IMG/VR virus record: IMGVR_UViG_3300021376_000006
Reading direction: 5' to 3' (one strand)
From: a virus
Taxonomy: Duplodnaviria > Caudoviricetes
DNA length: 64,000 nt
The position numbers and the translations under genes were made by a program. The notes under the pieces were generated by a model. It had not been told where the DNA came from. It saw nothing but the letters and a program-made list of their open reading frames with translations, and did not search any database. Numbering within the stretch: the stretch's first letter is position 1; every line of letters begins with the position of its first letter. This document shows, piece after piece, positions 29,989 through 39,117 of this stretch.

Positions 29989-31846
29989 GTTTGATGTCTT
30001 TTATTCTGGGGAAAAACCAAATTTGTTTGCGTTCGAAAGACCAGCTGACTGTTTGGAAGATGCTGCTAAAAAAAGTAGAACTAAATTCTACTGGTATATT
30101 TATGACTGCAACGACTATACAAATTTTGATTTTGCGTGGCGTCCTGCTCCTTGGGAAGCACATCATGTACACTGTTTTGGAACACAGTGGCAACGTACCG
30201 GCGGTGCATATTTTGCAAATGTAGATACCGTAAACAATAGAGAATGGCATTTTAGAACAGAGCAAAAAGTCACACGCTGTGTTGAGAAAAATAAGTGGAT
30301 TGTTCCCGGCAATATAGATGATAGCCAATTTGATTATAGTTGGCACCCTGATGAATTAGAACCTGATTATGAATATCATTTTCCAACGCAATGGCAGCGA
30401 GATGGTGGCCCTGTATATCCGGGTACCGCAGGCATCAAGTATGTGAACGATCAACATATACGCAATGGCGCCACCCAGATATTTTATATGGATTTTCTAA
30501 ATCAAGAAAGCCCGGAACAATTTGCTCGTATACAAAAACAATATCCCGATGCAAAAAGCACCAGGTATGTTGACAGTCATTTAAACGTTTTTAAACGTAT
30601 TGCCAATTTGGCAACTACAGAGTTTGTTTGGATTATTAGTAGCTTCTGTGATTATAGAGAATTTGATTTTACGTGGCATCCTGCTCCTGAACAGAGAGAA
30701 ATGATACATGTGTTTCCTACAGCATGTGAAAATTTTAAATACAAATTTCAAAAAAGAGGCGATACCTTTTACATTCATATACCGTCTCTTAAAACACAGT
30801 TGTACGAATTAGAATTATTGGATTGGTTTAATGTAATTAATTATTGTAGTGATCAAATTGTTCCTGTGAAAGCACCTATCATTGAATACAACAATGACAG
30901 TTTGATTCCTGCTGTACAAGCATATAATTTTCAATTTCCTTATGCCATATTTAAGACTCAAAAATTTCCAATAGGCCCAATCTGTGTGCCACCATGTTTA
31001 TGGCATCCAAAAGATCGTATTGCAGAACCACTAAATTCGTCGGGTAGCACGACTATTGTACCTAGAGAAGCCAGGGCACATATCAAGACACAATTGTATG
31101 ATTATCCGTATATTAATAGACGTTCAGACGCATTTTATACAGACCAACCGCTGGATATCGTGTATATTAGTAACGGCGAGCCTGATGCAGAACGCTGGTA
31201 CAATCATCTAAAGGTAACAGTAGAAGCACAGATACCACATGGTCAACAAAAGATACACAGAGTGCAAAACGTTAATGGGCGTATTGCTGCATATCATACC
31301 GCAGCGCAAGCAAGCACATCACCATGGTTCTTCGCTGTTTTTGCTAAGTTAGAAATATTAGGTAGTTTTGATTTTATTTGGCAACCTGATTATTGGCAAG
31401 AACCCAAGCATTACATATTCCATAGTCGTAATTGCCTAAATGGACTAGAGTATGGTCATATGGGTGTGATTGCCTATAATAAGCGATTGGTATTGGAAAC
31501 AATTGAATCTGGTCTTGACTTTACACTGAGTCAAAAACACACGGTAGTTCCTGAACTAAGTGCCATTGCTTATTTCAATGCCGATCCTTGGATGACTTGG
31601 CGCACTGCATTCAGAGAAGTCCTAAAGTTAAAATTGTTTATGGAAACTGAACCTACAGTAGAAACAGAATACAGACTAGATACTTGGCTTAATGTGGCCA
31701 ATGGGGATAATGCAGAATGGTGTTTACGTGGTGCTCAAGACGCAGTTGAATATTACAAAGAAGTTGATGGCGAGTATGATAAGTTAATGCTAAGTTTTGA
31801 TTGGCCTTGGCTGTCACAAAGATTTAAGAATCTATATAAAATTTAA
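29987..31846 (+). CDS. Multi-module GT-A-like protein with four FD(F/Y)xWxP repeats
   Basis: Repeat motifs start at 30125, 30329, 30662 and 31367. The C-terminal domain aligns with 12679..13608 (RN..NGL.YG..GV; W.R.(A/G)FRE). Confidence 0.55.
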   Translation: MFDVFYSGEKPNLFAFERPADCLEDAAKKSRTKFYWYIYDCNDYTNFDFAWRPAPWEAHHVHCFGTQWQRTGGAYFANVDTVNNREWHFRTEQKVTRCVEKNKWIVPGNIDDSQFDYSWHPDELEPDYEYHFPTQWQRDGGPVYPGTAGIKYVNDQHIRNGATQIFYMDFLNQESPEQFARIQKQYPDAKSTRYVDSHLNVFKRIANLATTEFVWIISSFCDYREFDFTWHPAPEQREMIHVFPTACENFKYKFQKRGDTFYIHIPSLKTQLYELELLDWFNVINYCSDQIVPVKAPIIEYNNDSLIPAVQAYNFQFPYAIFKTQKFPIGPICVPPCLWHPKDRIAEPLNSSGSTTIVPREARAHIKTQLYDYPYINRRSDAFYTDQPLDIVYISNGEPDAERWYNHLKVTVEAQIPHGQQKIHRVQNVNGRIAAYHTAAQASTSPWFFAVFAKLEILGSFDFIWQPDYWQEPKHYIFHSRNCLNGLEYGHMGVIAYNKRLVLETIESGLDFTLSQKHTVVPELSAIAYFNADPWMTWRTAFREVLKLKLFMETEPTVETEYRLDTWLNVANGDNAEWCLRGAQDAVEYYKEVDGEYDKLMLSFDWPWLSQRFKNLYKI

Positions 31847-32924
31847 TTTGTTCTACAATTGTTTCAACTTCGCTATCTAAAAGTTCGGGATAGATAGGCA
31901 GGCTAAGACATTCTCGAGTAAAGGCAGCAGTTTCTGTGAATAAATCTTTTCCGTAATCTATGTAATTAAATCCTACACCTAAATCATACAGAGCAGATTC
32001 ATAATGTATTTTTGTTTCTATTCCTTGTCTGGCCAGATGACCCATTAAAGCTGACCTGTTATTAGTTCTAATTACAAATTTGTGCCAGGCATGTTCGACG
32101 CCCTTGTTTGGTACCGAAATGTCAACAAATTGATATAATTCGTTAATATAATAATCAGCTATCTCTTTGCGCCTCCTCTGCCACGAATCAAAATGTTGTA
32201 ATTTGATAAGCATTTGAGCACAATCACTTTCGCTCATTTTGCTATTGGTTCCTGGAGTGTCGTGGATACTTTTACCATTGTCCCTGAGAGTTCGACATGT
32301 CTCATATATATGATAGTCGTCGGTTAGAATCATTCCGCCGCTACCGTAATTGTTCAAGTTTTTAGTTGGATCAAAACTCAAAACACTGATATCGCCGAGT
32401 TTTCCACTAGGAACGCCCTGATAACTTGCTCCGAAACTTTGTGCAGCATCTTCGATAATAATTAAATCATCATTAAAGAATCTGGTCTGCATTTGAAACC
32501 TGTCCCAGTCTACACAGTTGCCAAACAAATTAACATACATGACAGCGCCAACACTTTGATCAAGCTTATATTCGTAGCTATCAAGATCAATTAGTCCTTT
32601 GTGATCGATATCACAAAACACTGGAGTAAAATTATTCATTAGCACACTATTGATAGTAGCCACAAAACTCACAGTAGGAATTAAAATTGAATATGGCGGT
32701 CTGGACACCGCGGCCATTTGTGCAAAAATCAATGCTTGTGTTCCAGAATTGACTGCTAATGCATATGCTCTGTTACACCGTTTTGCTATTTTATTTTCAA
32801 AGTGTTCTGTGTAAGCGCCATCGAGGACGCGACCGGTAGAGTACACCCGATCTGTTATTTCTAATATTTCTTCGCGAATATTTTGGTACTGTCTATGAAT
32901 TCCGAAAAAAGGAATTACTTGCAT
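31824..32924 (-). CDS. DegT/DnrJ/EryC1/StrS PLP-dependent sugar aminotransferase
   Basis: AVNSGTQAL, IIEDAAQSFG, SFDPTKNL..YGSGGMI, LSLPIYP. Confidence 0.9.
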   Translation of the reverse strand: MQVIPFFGIHRQYQNIREEILEITDRVYSTGRVLDGAYTEHFENKIAKRCNRAYALAVNSGTQALIFAQMAAVSRPPYSILIPTVSFVATINSVLMNNFTPVFCDIDHKGLIDLDSYEYKLDQSVGAVMYVNLFGNCVDWDRFQMQTRFFNDDLIIIEDAAQSFGASYQGVPSGKLGDISVLSFDPTKNLNNYGSGGMILTDDYHIYETCRTLRDNGKSIHDTPGTNSKMSESDCAQMLIKLQHFDSWQRRRKEIADYYINELYQFVDISVPNKGVEHAWHKFVIRTNNRSALMGHLARQGIETKIHYESALYDLGVGFNYIDYGKDLFTETAAFTRECLSLPIYPELLDSEVETIVEQIKFYIDS

Positions 32925-33889
32925 AATCTAGACTGCCAATAATCTGATTGTTGAAACCATTCATAATAGCGTTGGAATCCTTCTTCAACGTTGACCCTAG
33001 GCGAATAACCAAAATCTTGTGTGGCGCGATCGATATTAAGTCTTCCTCGCTTAGGAAAATTCAAATCTCGATCTTGTATTTCAATCGAGCCTTTGCCGGC
33101 TATTGCAATTGCCAACTCGGCTGCATCGCATAATGTATATTGACGTTCTGCACTTCGAGTAATATTATAAATTTTATTTGCACTATATTTACTGCAGGTT
33201 GCTTGAACAATTCCCAAAGCAGCATCCTCGACATAAGTGAAATCTAATACTTCATTGGCACCTTTAACTTTGAGAGTTTCGCCTTTCATTGCTGTTAGCA
33301 TAAATTTTGATACTACACGGTCCTCTACATCCCATTCGCCATAAACTGCACTAGGACGAATAATTACCGATTCAAAACCGTGTTGACGAGCATAATCTTC
33401 GACCAGTTTTTCGCCCATGTATTTCATAATGCCATATTGGCCAATTGGATTGCATACAGCATCTTCTGTTACATCTGTTTCAAAGTCGCCGTATACCATG
33501 CTAGAACTAATATAAACAAAACGTTTTACTCGATGAGTTGCTGCTGCTTCGAGTAAATTAATCAATCCGGTGCTCATCACTTCACTGGCTACAACAGGAT
33601 TTCGACCAACAACTTTTTGTCTAGGAAAACTAGCCAGATGTATAATAGTGTCACAGCCAAAAACACCAACACGACTTTTAATATCATCACCATTGCGTAT
33701 ATCGCCAACTAACGGTGTTGCACGTATTCTTGATAATCTTTCTCGTATCAAATAATCTAATTCGTCTTGTGGAACGAATCCATAGTTGGTACGACTATCG
33801 ACTCCAAAACATTCAATGCCATGTTTTTCTAATTGTTGTACTACATTATGACCAATAAAGCCCGCACTACCTGTTATAAAAACTTTCAT
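32915..33889 (-). CDS. NAD-dependent epimerase/dehydratase (extended SDR)
   Basis: ITGSAGFIG, YISSSMVYG, YGIMK (YxxxK), IIRPSAVYG. Confidence 0.9.
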   Translation of the reverse strand: MKVFITGSAGFIGHNVVQQLEKHGIECFGVDSRTNYGFVPQDELDYLIRERLSRIRATPLVGDIRNGDDIKSRVGVFGCDTIIHLASFPRQKVVGRNPVVASEVMSTGLINLLEAAATHRVKRFVYISSSMVYGDFETDVTEDAVCNPIGQYGIMKYMGEKLVEDYARQHGFESVIIRPSAVYGEWDVEDRVVSKFMLTAMKGETLKVKGANEVLDFTYVEDAALGIVQATCSKYSANKIYNITRSAERQYTLCDAAELAIAIAGKGSIEIQDRDLNFPKRGRLNIDRATQDFGYSPRVNVEEGFQRYYEWFQQSDYWQSRLCK

Positions 33890-34518
33890 TGTAATTTATA
33901 TTCTATATAAAAAATTGGATAATCGTTAACTGGTGAATTGGTTTGATAACAATTAGTTCGTTGTAAGTTAACTAAAAATTTATCAAAGGTATCACGGTTA
34001 CACCCCCATGAACTCTCTTGTAACAGTATTACACCGTCCGGGGTTAGATGTTTGGAAATGTTGTTAAAAAATTCTTTATGTATAACCCAATCTAGATCTA
34101 AATAAATTCTAGGATCGTTTCTTAACACAATTTCTTGATAATTTACTGGCTTAGAAAAGTGTGGAGGATTTGCCACCACCAGATCAAATTTTTTGGTTAT
34201 TGGTAAACTAGAAATTTTATCTGTGCAATAAGTGGTAACATTTAAATTAGTATTATAACATGATAAACTATGTGTAGCAAAATTCAAAGCAGATTGATGT
34301 TGATCTACTAGTGTTAATTCTTTGCAGTAATTGTTTAATAATAAATCAAATCCAATAAAGCCAGGGCCCGAACACCATTCTAAGCAGCATTTGAATTCGC
34401 GATGAGCATAGTGTGTGTTTAGAATATTTTTAAAATCTAATCCAATTGATGTTCCGCCGCCGTCAACATCATCTTCATAATGTAACTGAAAATCTCCTAT
34501 ATCAAATATACGTTTCAT
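33886..34518 (-). CDS. Class I SAM-dependent methyltransferase (NPPH motif)
   Basis: LEWCSGPGFIG (motif I) and FDLVVANPPHF (motif IV, amino-methyltransferase type). Confidence 0.75.
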   Translation of the reverse strand: MKRIFDIGDFQLHYEDDVDGGGTSIGLDFKNILNTHYAHREFKCCLEWCSGPGFIGFDLLLNNYCKELTLVDQHQSALNFATHSLSCYNTNLNVTTYCTDKISSLPITKKFDLVVANPPHFSKPVNYQEIVLRNDPRIYLDLDWVIHKEFFNNISKHLTPDGVILLQESSWGCNRDTFDKFLVNLQRTNCYQTNSPVNDYPIFYIEYKLQ

Positions 34519-34745
34519 AAAAATTTTAATCTAAAGTAGATTTCTGCTTCTGGATTAAGATTTCCCGTAATAACTACACGATACCCAAGAGTGTCATGGT
34601 CGGGCGTGACATGAAAAGTGGGCTCAGAAGTCACGTTCTCCATTATCCATTTGCCTTTTTCTGTTTCTTGCCATTCTCCAATAGGAAAGGCAGCATACAG
34701 ATAAGGATCCTCAACATCTGCCATGTGAAAGCTATGTAGTATCAT
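34515..34745 (-). CDS. Hypothetical protein
   Basis: 76 aa, ATGA-coupled on both sides. Confidence 0.55.
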   Translation of the reverse strand: MILHSFHMADVEDPYLYAAFPIGEWQETEKGKWIMENVTSEPTFHVTPDHDTLGYRVVITGNLNPEAEIYFRLKFL

Positions 34746-35818
34746 AATAAATGTATTTTATTTTGTATTATTTGATTAATGTCATTAAACAATTCTGTCT
34801 TTATGCTTTTATAGGCACTAGGCCAAGACCAAAAAAGATTTTGGTTATGTTCTAGTATAGGTAAAATTTCACGATGTAATTTTTCTAATTTGTTCACTGA
34901 CCAAGTTGACATTTCTAAAAGTAAATGAAAAATAGCTTCTAGTCTGTAATTTCCTGCTAAACTATCGTAATCTTCATCCCAAAAATTAGCAAAAGTTTGA
35001 AATCCTAAATCTTGTAACATTTTTAGAGAACCAGGATTGCCGTGTAAAATAAATGGGTGCCCAAACACTATAGGTTTAAAAATTTTTTCTGTAAAATATG
35101 GAAACGGTTGATCGTCATAGGTTTCAAATACTACAGAACAAAATGTATCTTCATAGTATTTTTTATCTCCTATAGACCAATCATTTATTTCAAATTTGTC
35201 CCCCTTAATTGTAAACGGTATATTATTATGCAGTTTGTGTAAATCTAGATTTTTACAGAACCATGCGGTATGACTACTTAGCATTTCTTCGGATATTTCG
35301 TCGTAAGACTTATATTTTGATCTTTCAAGCTCTCCTAAATAACTAAAATATGATTTTTCGATTAAATTAAATTTTACAAAAAAATAATATAGTGATTGTC
35401 TTGCTACAGATGCTCTGTTATTAAGAGAAAGAAAATGAAATTTGATATTTTTTTTTAATTCTACCTTTTGAAAATGGTCAGTATAATAGTTGTAGATAAG
35501 TGGTTGATACAAGAAAGAAAAAAAATCTTGATATTCATCGAAAAGAGATTGAGGATATTTGTGAGAGTGGACAATAATGTAATAATTTTTTAATTTTCCA
35601 GTCATTTCATAATGACTTTTGCTATTAGCTAAAATTTCTTCGATCCAGTCATAAGTATGATATTCTAAATAAAGTAAGATGATAATTTTGCCTTCTATGT
35701 CGGCAAAAGAGTTCATAGTATCATCATTTGGATCGTGCGTTTGTAAAACAAAAACTTTATCGCTGGTGATTTTAAAATCATCTAATAATGTAGGAACGCT
35801 ACACATTTGCGCGGTCAT
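34742..35818 (-). CDS. GT10-like glycosyltransferase-like protein, copy 3
   Basis: SVVFETY..PYFTEKIFKPIVFGHPFILHG...LKMLQDLGFQTFANFWDEDYD. AT-rich. Confidence 0.55.
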   Translation of the reverse strand: MTAQMCSVPTLLDDFKITSDKVFVLQTHDPNDDTMNSFADIEGKIIILLYLEYHTYDWIEEILANSKSHYEMTGKLKNYYIIVHSHKYPQSLFDEYQDFFSFLYQPLIYNYYTDHFQKVELKKNIKFHFLSLNNRASVARQSLYYFFVKFNLIEKSYFSYLGELERSKYKSYDEISEEMLSSHTAWFCKNLDLHKLHNNIPFTIKGDKFEINDWSIGDKKYYEDTFCSVVFETYDDQPFPYFTEKIFKPIVFGHPFILHGNPGSLKMLQDLGFQTFANFWDEDYDSLAGNYRLEAIFHLLLEMSTWSVNKLEKLHREILPILEHNQNLFWSWPSAYKSIKTELFNDINQIIQNKIHLL

Positions 35819-36729
35819 ACAGCCATCCGGGCCTTGATAGCACCATGGCTTTGATATCCTTCGAGTCGAATATCAGACATGGTAAATTTTGTAATATCAG
35901 TTATCTCAGGATTGAGCCACAATTGCGGTGCAGGCAATGGTTCACGTGTCAACTGTTCTTTTACTTGCTCTACATGATCTAGGTATATGTGTGCGTCGCC
36001 TAGAACGTGAACAAACTCTCCTACATCCAAATCACACACTTGTGCAATCATTGCTGTTAGTAGCGAATAGCTGGCGATATTAAAAGGTACACCCAAAAAC
36101 ATATCGCAGGATCGCTGATACATCTGGCACGACAATCTTCCATCTGCTACATAAAACTGTGCAAAACAATGACACGGTGGCAGGGCCATTTGATCTAATT
36201 CTCCAGGATTCCATGCAGTTAATATGTGTCGTCGTCCGTGCAGATCTTGCTTAATACCGTCGATTAAATTTCGTAGTTGATCGACTTCTTTAATTTCAAC
36301 GTTATTGCCTACTCTTCGGTAAGTGCTTCCAAACCCGTCTTTGAAAGATCCTTCTGTTTCGCGTTCTTTGATAGTACGCCAATGTCTCCACTGTACTCCG
36401 TACACACGACCTAGATCTCCTTCAAATTGGGCCCGCGATCGCCAATATGGTGCTAGTGCATTGGGCGTCCATATAGTTACTGTACCATCCCGTGTGCCAT
36501 GCGTTATCTCAGCCAATCTACGTTCATCGCCTGAACCTTCAATCATCCATAATAGTTCGCCCACCACAGCATTCCATGCTAGTTTTTTTGTAGTTACAGC
36601 AGGAAAACCTTGACTTAAATCATAACGTTGCTGCATACCAAACTTGCTTATGGTACCTACACCCGTGCGATCATCTTTGCGTGTTCCTGTTTCTAATATA
36701 TCTTTAAGAACATTGTGGTATGTTTTCAT
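35815..36729 (-). CDS. thyA: Thymidylate synthase
   Basis: DRTGVGT, TTKKL, GRVYGVQWR, LPPCH, YQRSCDMFLGVPFNIASY, HIYLDH. Confidence 0.95.
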   Translation of the reverse strand: MKTYHNVLKDILETGTRKDDRTGVGTISKFGMQQRYDLSQGFPAVTTKKLAWNAVVGELLWMIEGSGDERRLAEITHGTRDGTVTIWTPNALAPYWRSRAQFEGDLGRVYGVQWRHWRTIKERETEGSFKDGFGSTYRRVGNNVEIKEVDQLRNLIDGIKQDLHGRRHILTAWNPGELDQMALPPCHCFAQFYVADGRLSCQMYQRSCDMFLGVPFNIASYSLLTAMIAQVCDLDVGEFVHVLGDAHIYLDHVEQVKEQLTREPLPAPQLWLNPEITDITKFTMSDIRLEGYQSHGAIKARMAV

Positions 36730-37442
36730 AAGTTTAATTTTTCTCGAATATGATTAAATAAAATTTTATGTCCATTATGATTAGGATGCACTCCATCTGG
36801 GTAAAAGACACTTTCTCTAAATACCAATGAATTCGTTTCTTGATACAAATAAAAATCTTCAATCACATTCTTTGCCTGTAGATCGTTAAACAATTTTAAA
36901 TCAACTAATTCAATTCTGCAGTTTGGATTTGATAATATTCTAAATTTGTTATCTATTGTGTTACTATACTCATTAAAATGACCTACTAATATATTAACCC
37001 ACGAAGATACTATAGGAATAAGATTATTATAATTAGAAATAGAGTAATCTAAATTGTTAAGTGCTCCAATCATATAAATTTTCCTATTGAATTGTTTGCA
37101 TAGATTGTTAAGCATATTATAAGTTGAATCTAGTAAGATGTCAACTAACCCTGATAGACTTTGGTTCTCTTGTAGGCATTTAGTGAGACTATTTTTAGTA
37201 AAAAATGTATCTCTAGTTGCGTCTGTAGTTATAAAAAATATAAAGTCACTGCGGTCTATATTAACTATTTCTTTACTTAACAAACGTACTAAATTAAGAT
37301 TAGAACTGGCCGGACGACTTAGATTTATAACGGTGTAACCTAAATTACTTAGAAAGAATTCTAGACCTTTGTGAATTATTTTGTGATTTTCCCATACTCC
37401 GGCACCCCAACTATCGCCAAAGATATAAATTTTTCTTGGCAT
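36726..37442 (-). CDS. SGNH/GDSL-like protein, copy 6
   Basis: FGDSWGAG, LSRPASSN, DGVHPNHNGH. AT-rich; sits between folA and thyA. Confidence 0.6.
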   Translation of the reverse strand: MPRKIYIFGDSWGAGVWENHKIIHKGLEFFLSNLGYTVINLSRPASSNLNLVRLLSKEIVNIDRSDFIFFITTDATRDTFFTKNSLTKCLQENQSLSGLVDILLDSTYNMLNNLCKQFNRKIYMIGALNNLDYSISNYNNLIPIVSSWVNILVGHFNEYSNTIDNKFRILSNPNCRIELVDLKLFNDLQAKNVIEDFYLYQETNSLVFRESVFYPDGVHPNHNGHKILFNHIREKLNL

Positions 37443-37942
37443 TATCTAAAAATATCTATATTTTTATAAATGCAAAAGTTTAAAGTTTTATCGGCACTAG
37501 GGCGTGAACTTGTTATACGCATACCCATCATAAAAGATCGTAAGTCAATACGAACATCCGAAAAAGCTGCGCCTCGCCTGTGGGTTACATAAGCGTAATC
37601 AATTAAATCCTTGCATTCCATTATGATACTAGGGCCACCTAGAATAAACACATTTTTCTTTGGATATAATTCTTGTAAATTTTTAATTGCGTCCTTATAA
37701 TCACCATGTAATCTACGTACACCTGAGTGCTGTAAAGGTTGATTAGAAACAACACAATTTATTCTATCAGGTAAAGGTTTACTCATTTTAGGATCATCCC
37801 AAGTGTTACGGCCCATTACAACTATTTGATTGAGGGTGTGCTCACGAAACCATTCCATATCTTCTGAATGTATTGGCCATGGCAAGGTTCCACGGTTACC
37901 AAATGTTCCCAATTGGTCTGTGGCGAATATGGTGCAAATCAT
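37442..37942 (-). CDS. folA: Dihydrofolate reductase
   Basis: GTFGNRGTLPW, DMEWF, VVMGRNTW, PLPDRINCVVS, ILGG. Confidence 0.9.
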   Translation of the reverse strand: MICTIFATDQLGTFGNRGTLPWPIHSEDMEWFREHTLNQIVVMGRNTWDDPKMSKPLPDRINCVVSNQPLQHSGVRRLHGDYKDAIKNLQELYPKKNVFILGGPSIIMECKDLIDYAYVTHRRGAAFSDVRIDLRSFMMGMRITSSRPSADKTLNFCIYKNIDIFR

Positions 37943-37945
37943 TTT

Positions 37946-38776
37946 TTATAATCTTTCTGGGATAAATTTTTCAAAAAAATAAGGTTGTTTTTGAGTAATT
38001 TTTTTATCAATATCCCGCACCCAATTTACTGTAGATTCATTTATATCTAAGTTAGTTATAAATTTAAGTGCGGTTAAATGTTCTAATGGGGTTGGATGGC
38101 TGTCTTGTGCTGTATTAGTGAAGTATAAATGTTTATTATTACCTATAAGTTGCAAAAAAGAATCAACTTCGTTATTTATTGATGTATTATAAACAGTTCT
38201 ATCATAAGAAAAAATATCAATTAGTTTTGGCCAATCAACACCTGCGTGTCTATCGTATAAATCTTGTAATTTATGTTGTGCTGTTAAAGAAACTTCTTTT
38301 GACACTATCGGAAAATTAATTTTACGAATTTTCTTTAGGGTATCTCTATATAATGAGCCTGCTTTAGAATATAAATCATAATCTAAAAAACTTAAAAAAG
38401 AGTAACTACTTTTTGATGATGAAAGTATTTTGTCTATAGCTGTGAATAATGCATAACTTATAATTTCTGCTCCATTTGGACAACTGACAGGTGACTTAGT
38501 GTCAAATATAGAATGATAATGACTCCATTCATTCATTTGATAATAGTCAATTCGAGTTATTCCGGACCACATTACAATTACGGTGTCGTCTTCGGTAAAA
38601 GTTTTTTTGATAAGACATTCAATAATTGAATTAAATATAAAGTTGTTTCCTGCACCTGGTCTAGCCCAGTTTTCAAAATAATCATATTCTTTACCTAGTA
38701 TGTCCGCCCAAGTAGGCCAACTATATGAAGTCATACTACAACCAAAGGTGTATAAATTGCCTTTGCGACTTTTCAT
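37946..38776 (-). CDS. SGNH/GDSL-like protein, copy 7
   Basis: FGCSMTSY, WARPGAGN, MWSGITRID, DSHPTPLEH. Confidence 0.55.
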   Translation of the reverse strand: MKSRKGNLYTFGCSMTSYSWPTWADILGKEYDYFENWARPGAGNNFIFNSIIECLIKKTFTEDDTVIVMWSGITRIDYYQMNEWSHYHSIFDTKSPVSCPNGAEIISYALFTAIDKILSSSKSSYSFLSFLDYDLYSKAGSLYRDTLKKIRKINFPIVSKEVSLTAQHKLQDLYDRHAGVDWPKLIDIFSYDRTVYNTSINNEVDSFLQLIGNNKHLYFTNTAQDSHPTPLEHLTALKFITNLDINESTVNWVRDIDKKITQKQPYFFEKFIPERL

Positions 38777-39117
38777 AAATTTTTTAAAATATTATCTGTT
38801 GCAGGCTGAACAACTTTTGCAACTGCCTTGACACTTATGTAAAAATCAATATCACTTATAATATGATCCAATGCACTCAATTTGACCTTGATCATTTCTT
38901 CAAGTTCGTTTGGGTCATTACCTTCGTCTAACAGTTCTTTAATATTGATATTTACAATTGTGCCATCTGTTAAATTCACTGAGACACTTTCTAGTAAAGC
39001 AATGGGAATCTCTTTTTTCTCAACTGACTTTAGAATAGATTCCCATTGTACTTTGCTATTTAAATTAAGCCGCTTGCTTTTTTGTCGCGGTTTTTTTGGT
39101 TTTTGTTCCGACATCAT
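38773..39117 (-). CDS. Hypothetical protein
   Basis: 114-aa ORF within the operon. Confidence 0.55.
   Translation of the reverse strand: MMSEQKPKKPRQKSKRLNLNSKVQWESILKSVEKKEIPIALLESVSVNLTDGTIVNINIKELLDEGNDPNELEEMIKVKLSALDHIISDIDFYISVKAVAKVVQPATDNILKNL

Noticed and set aside
33886-34518. DNA adenine methyltransferase call based on NPPH
   Set aside because: It is short with no evident target-recognition domain; the NPP motif is shared with HemK-type and small-molecule N-methyltransferases, so the substrate cannot be assigned.
35815-36729. Group I intron or intein in thyA (or in the visible part of polB)
   Set aside because: Both frames are continuous with motifs at normal spacing; no intein or homing-endonuclease motifs.
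10475-38776. Bacterial LPS/capsule island, or a prophage with host DNA
   Set aside because: No flippase, polymerase, ABC exporter or housekeeping synteny; the island is interleaved with phage-type nucleotide genes and flanked by tail and replication genes.
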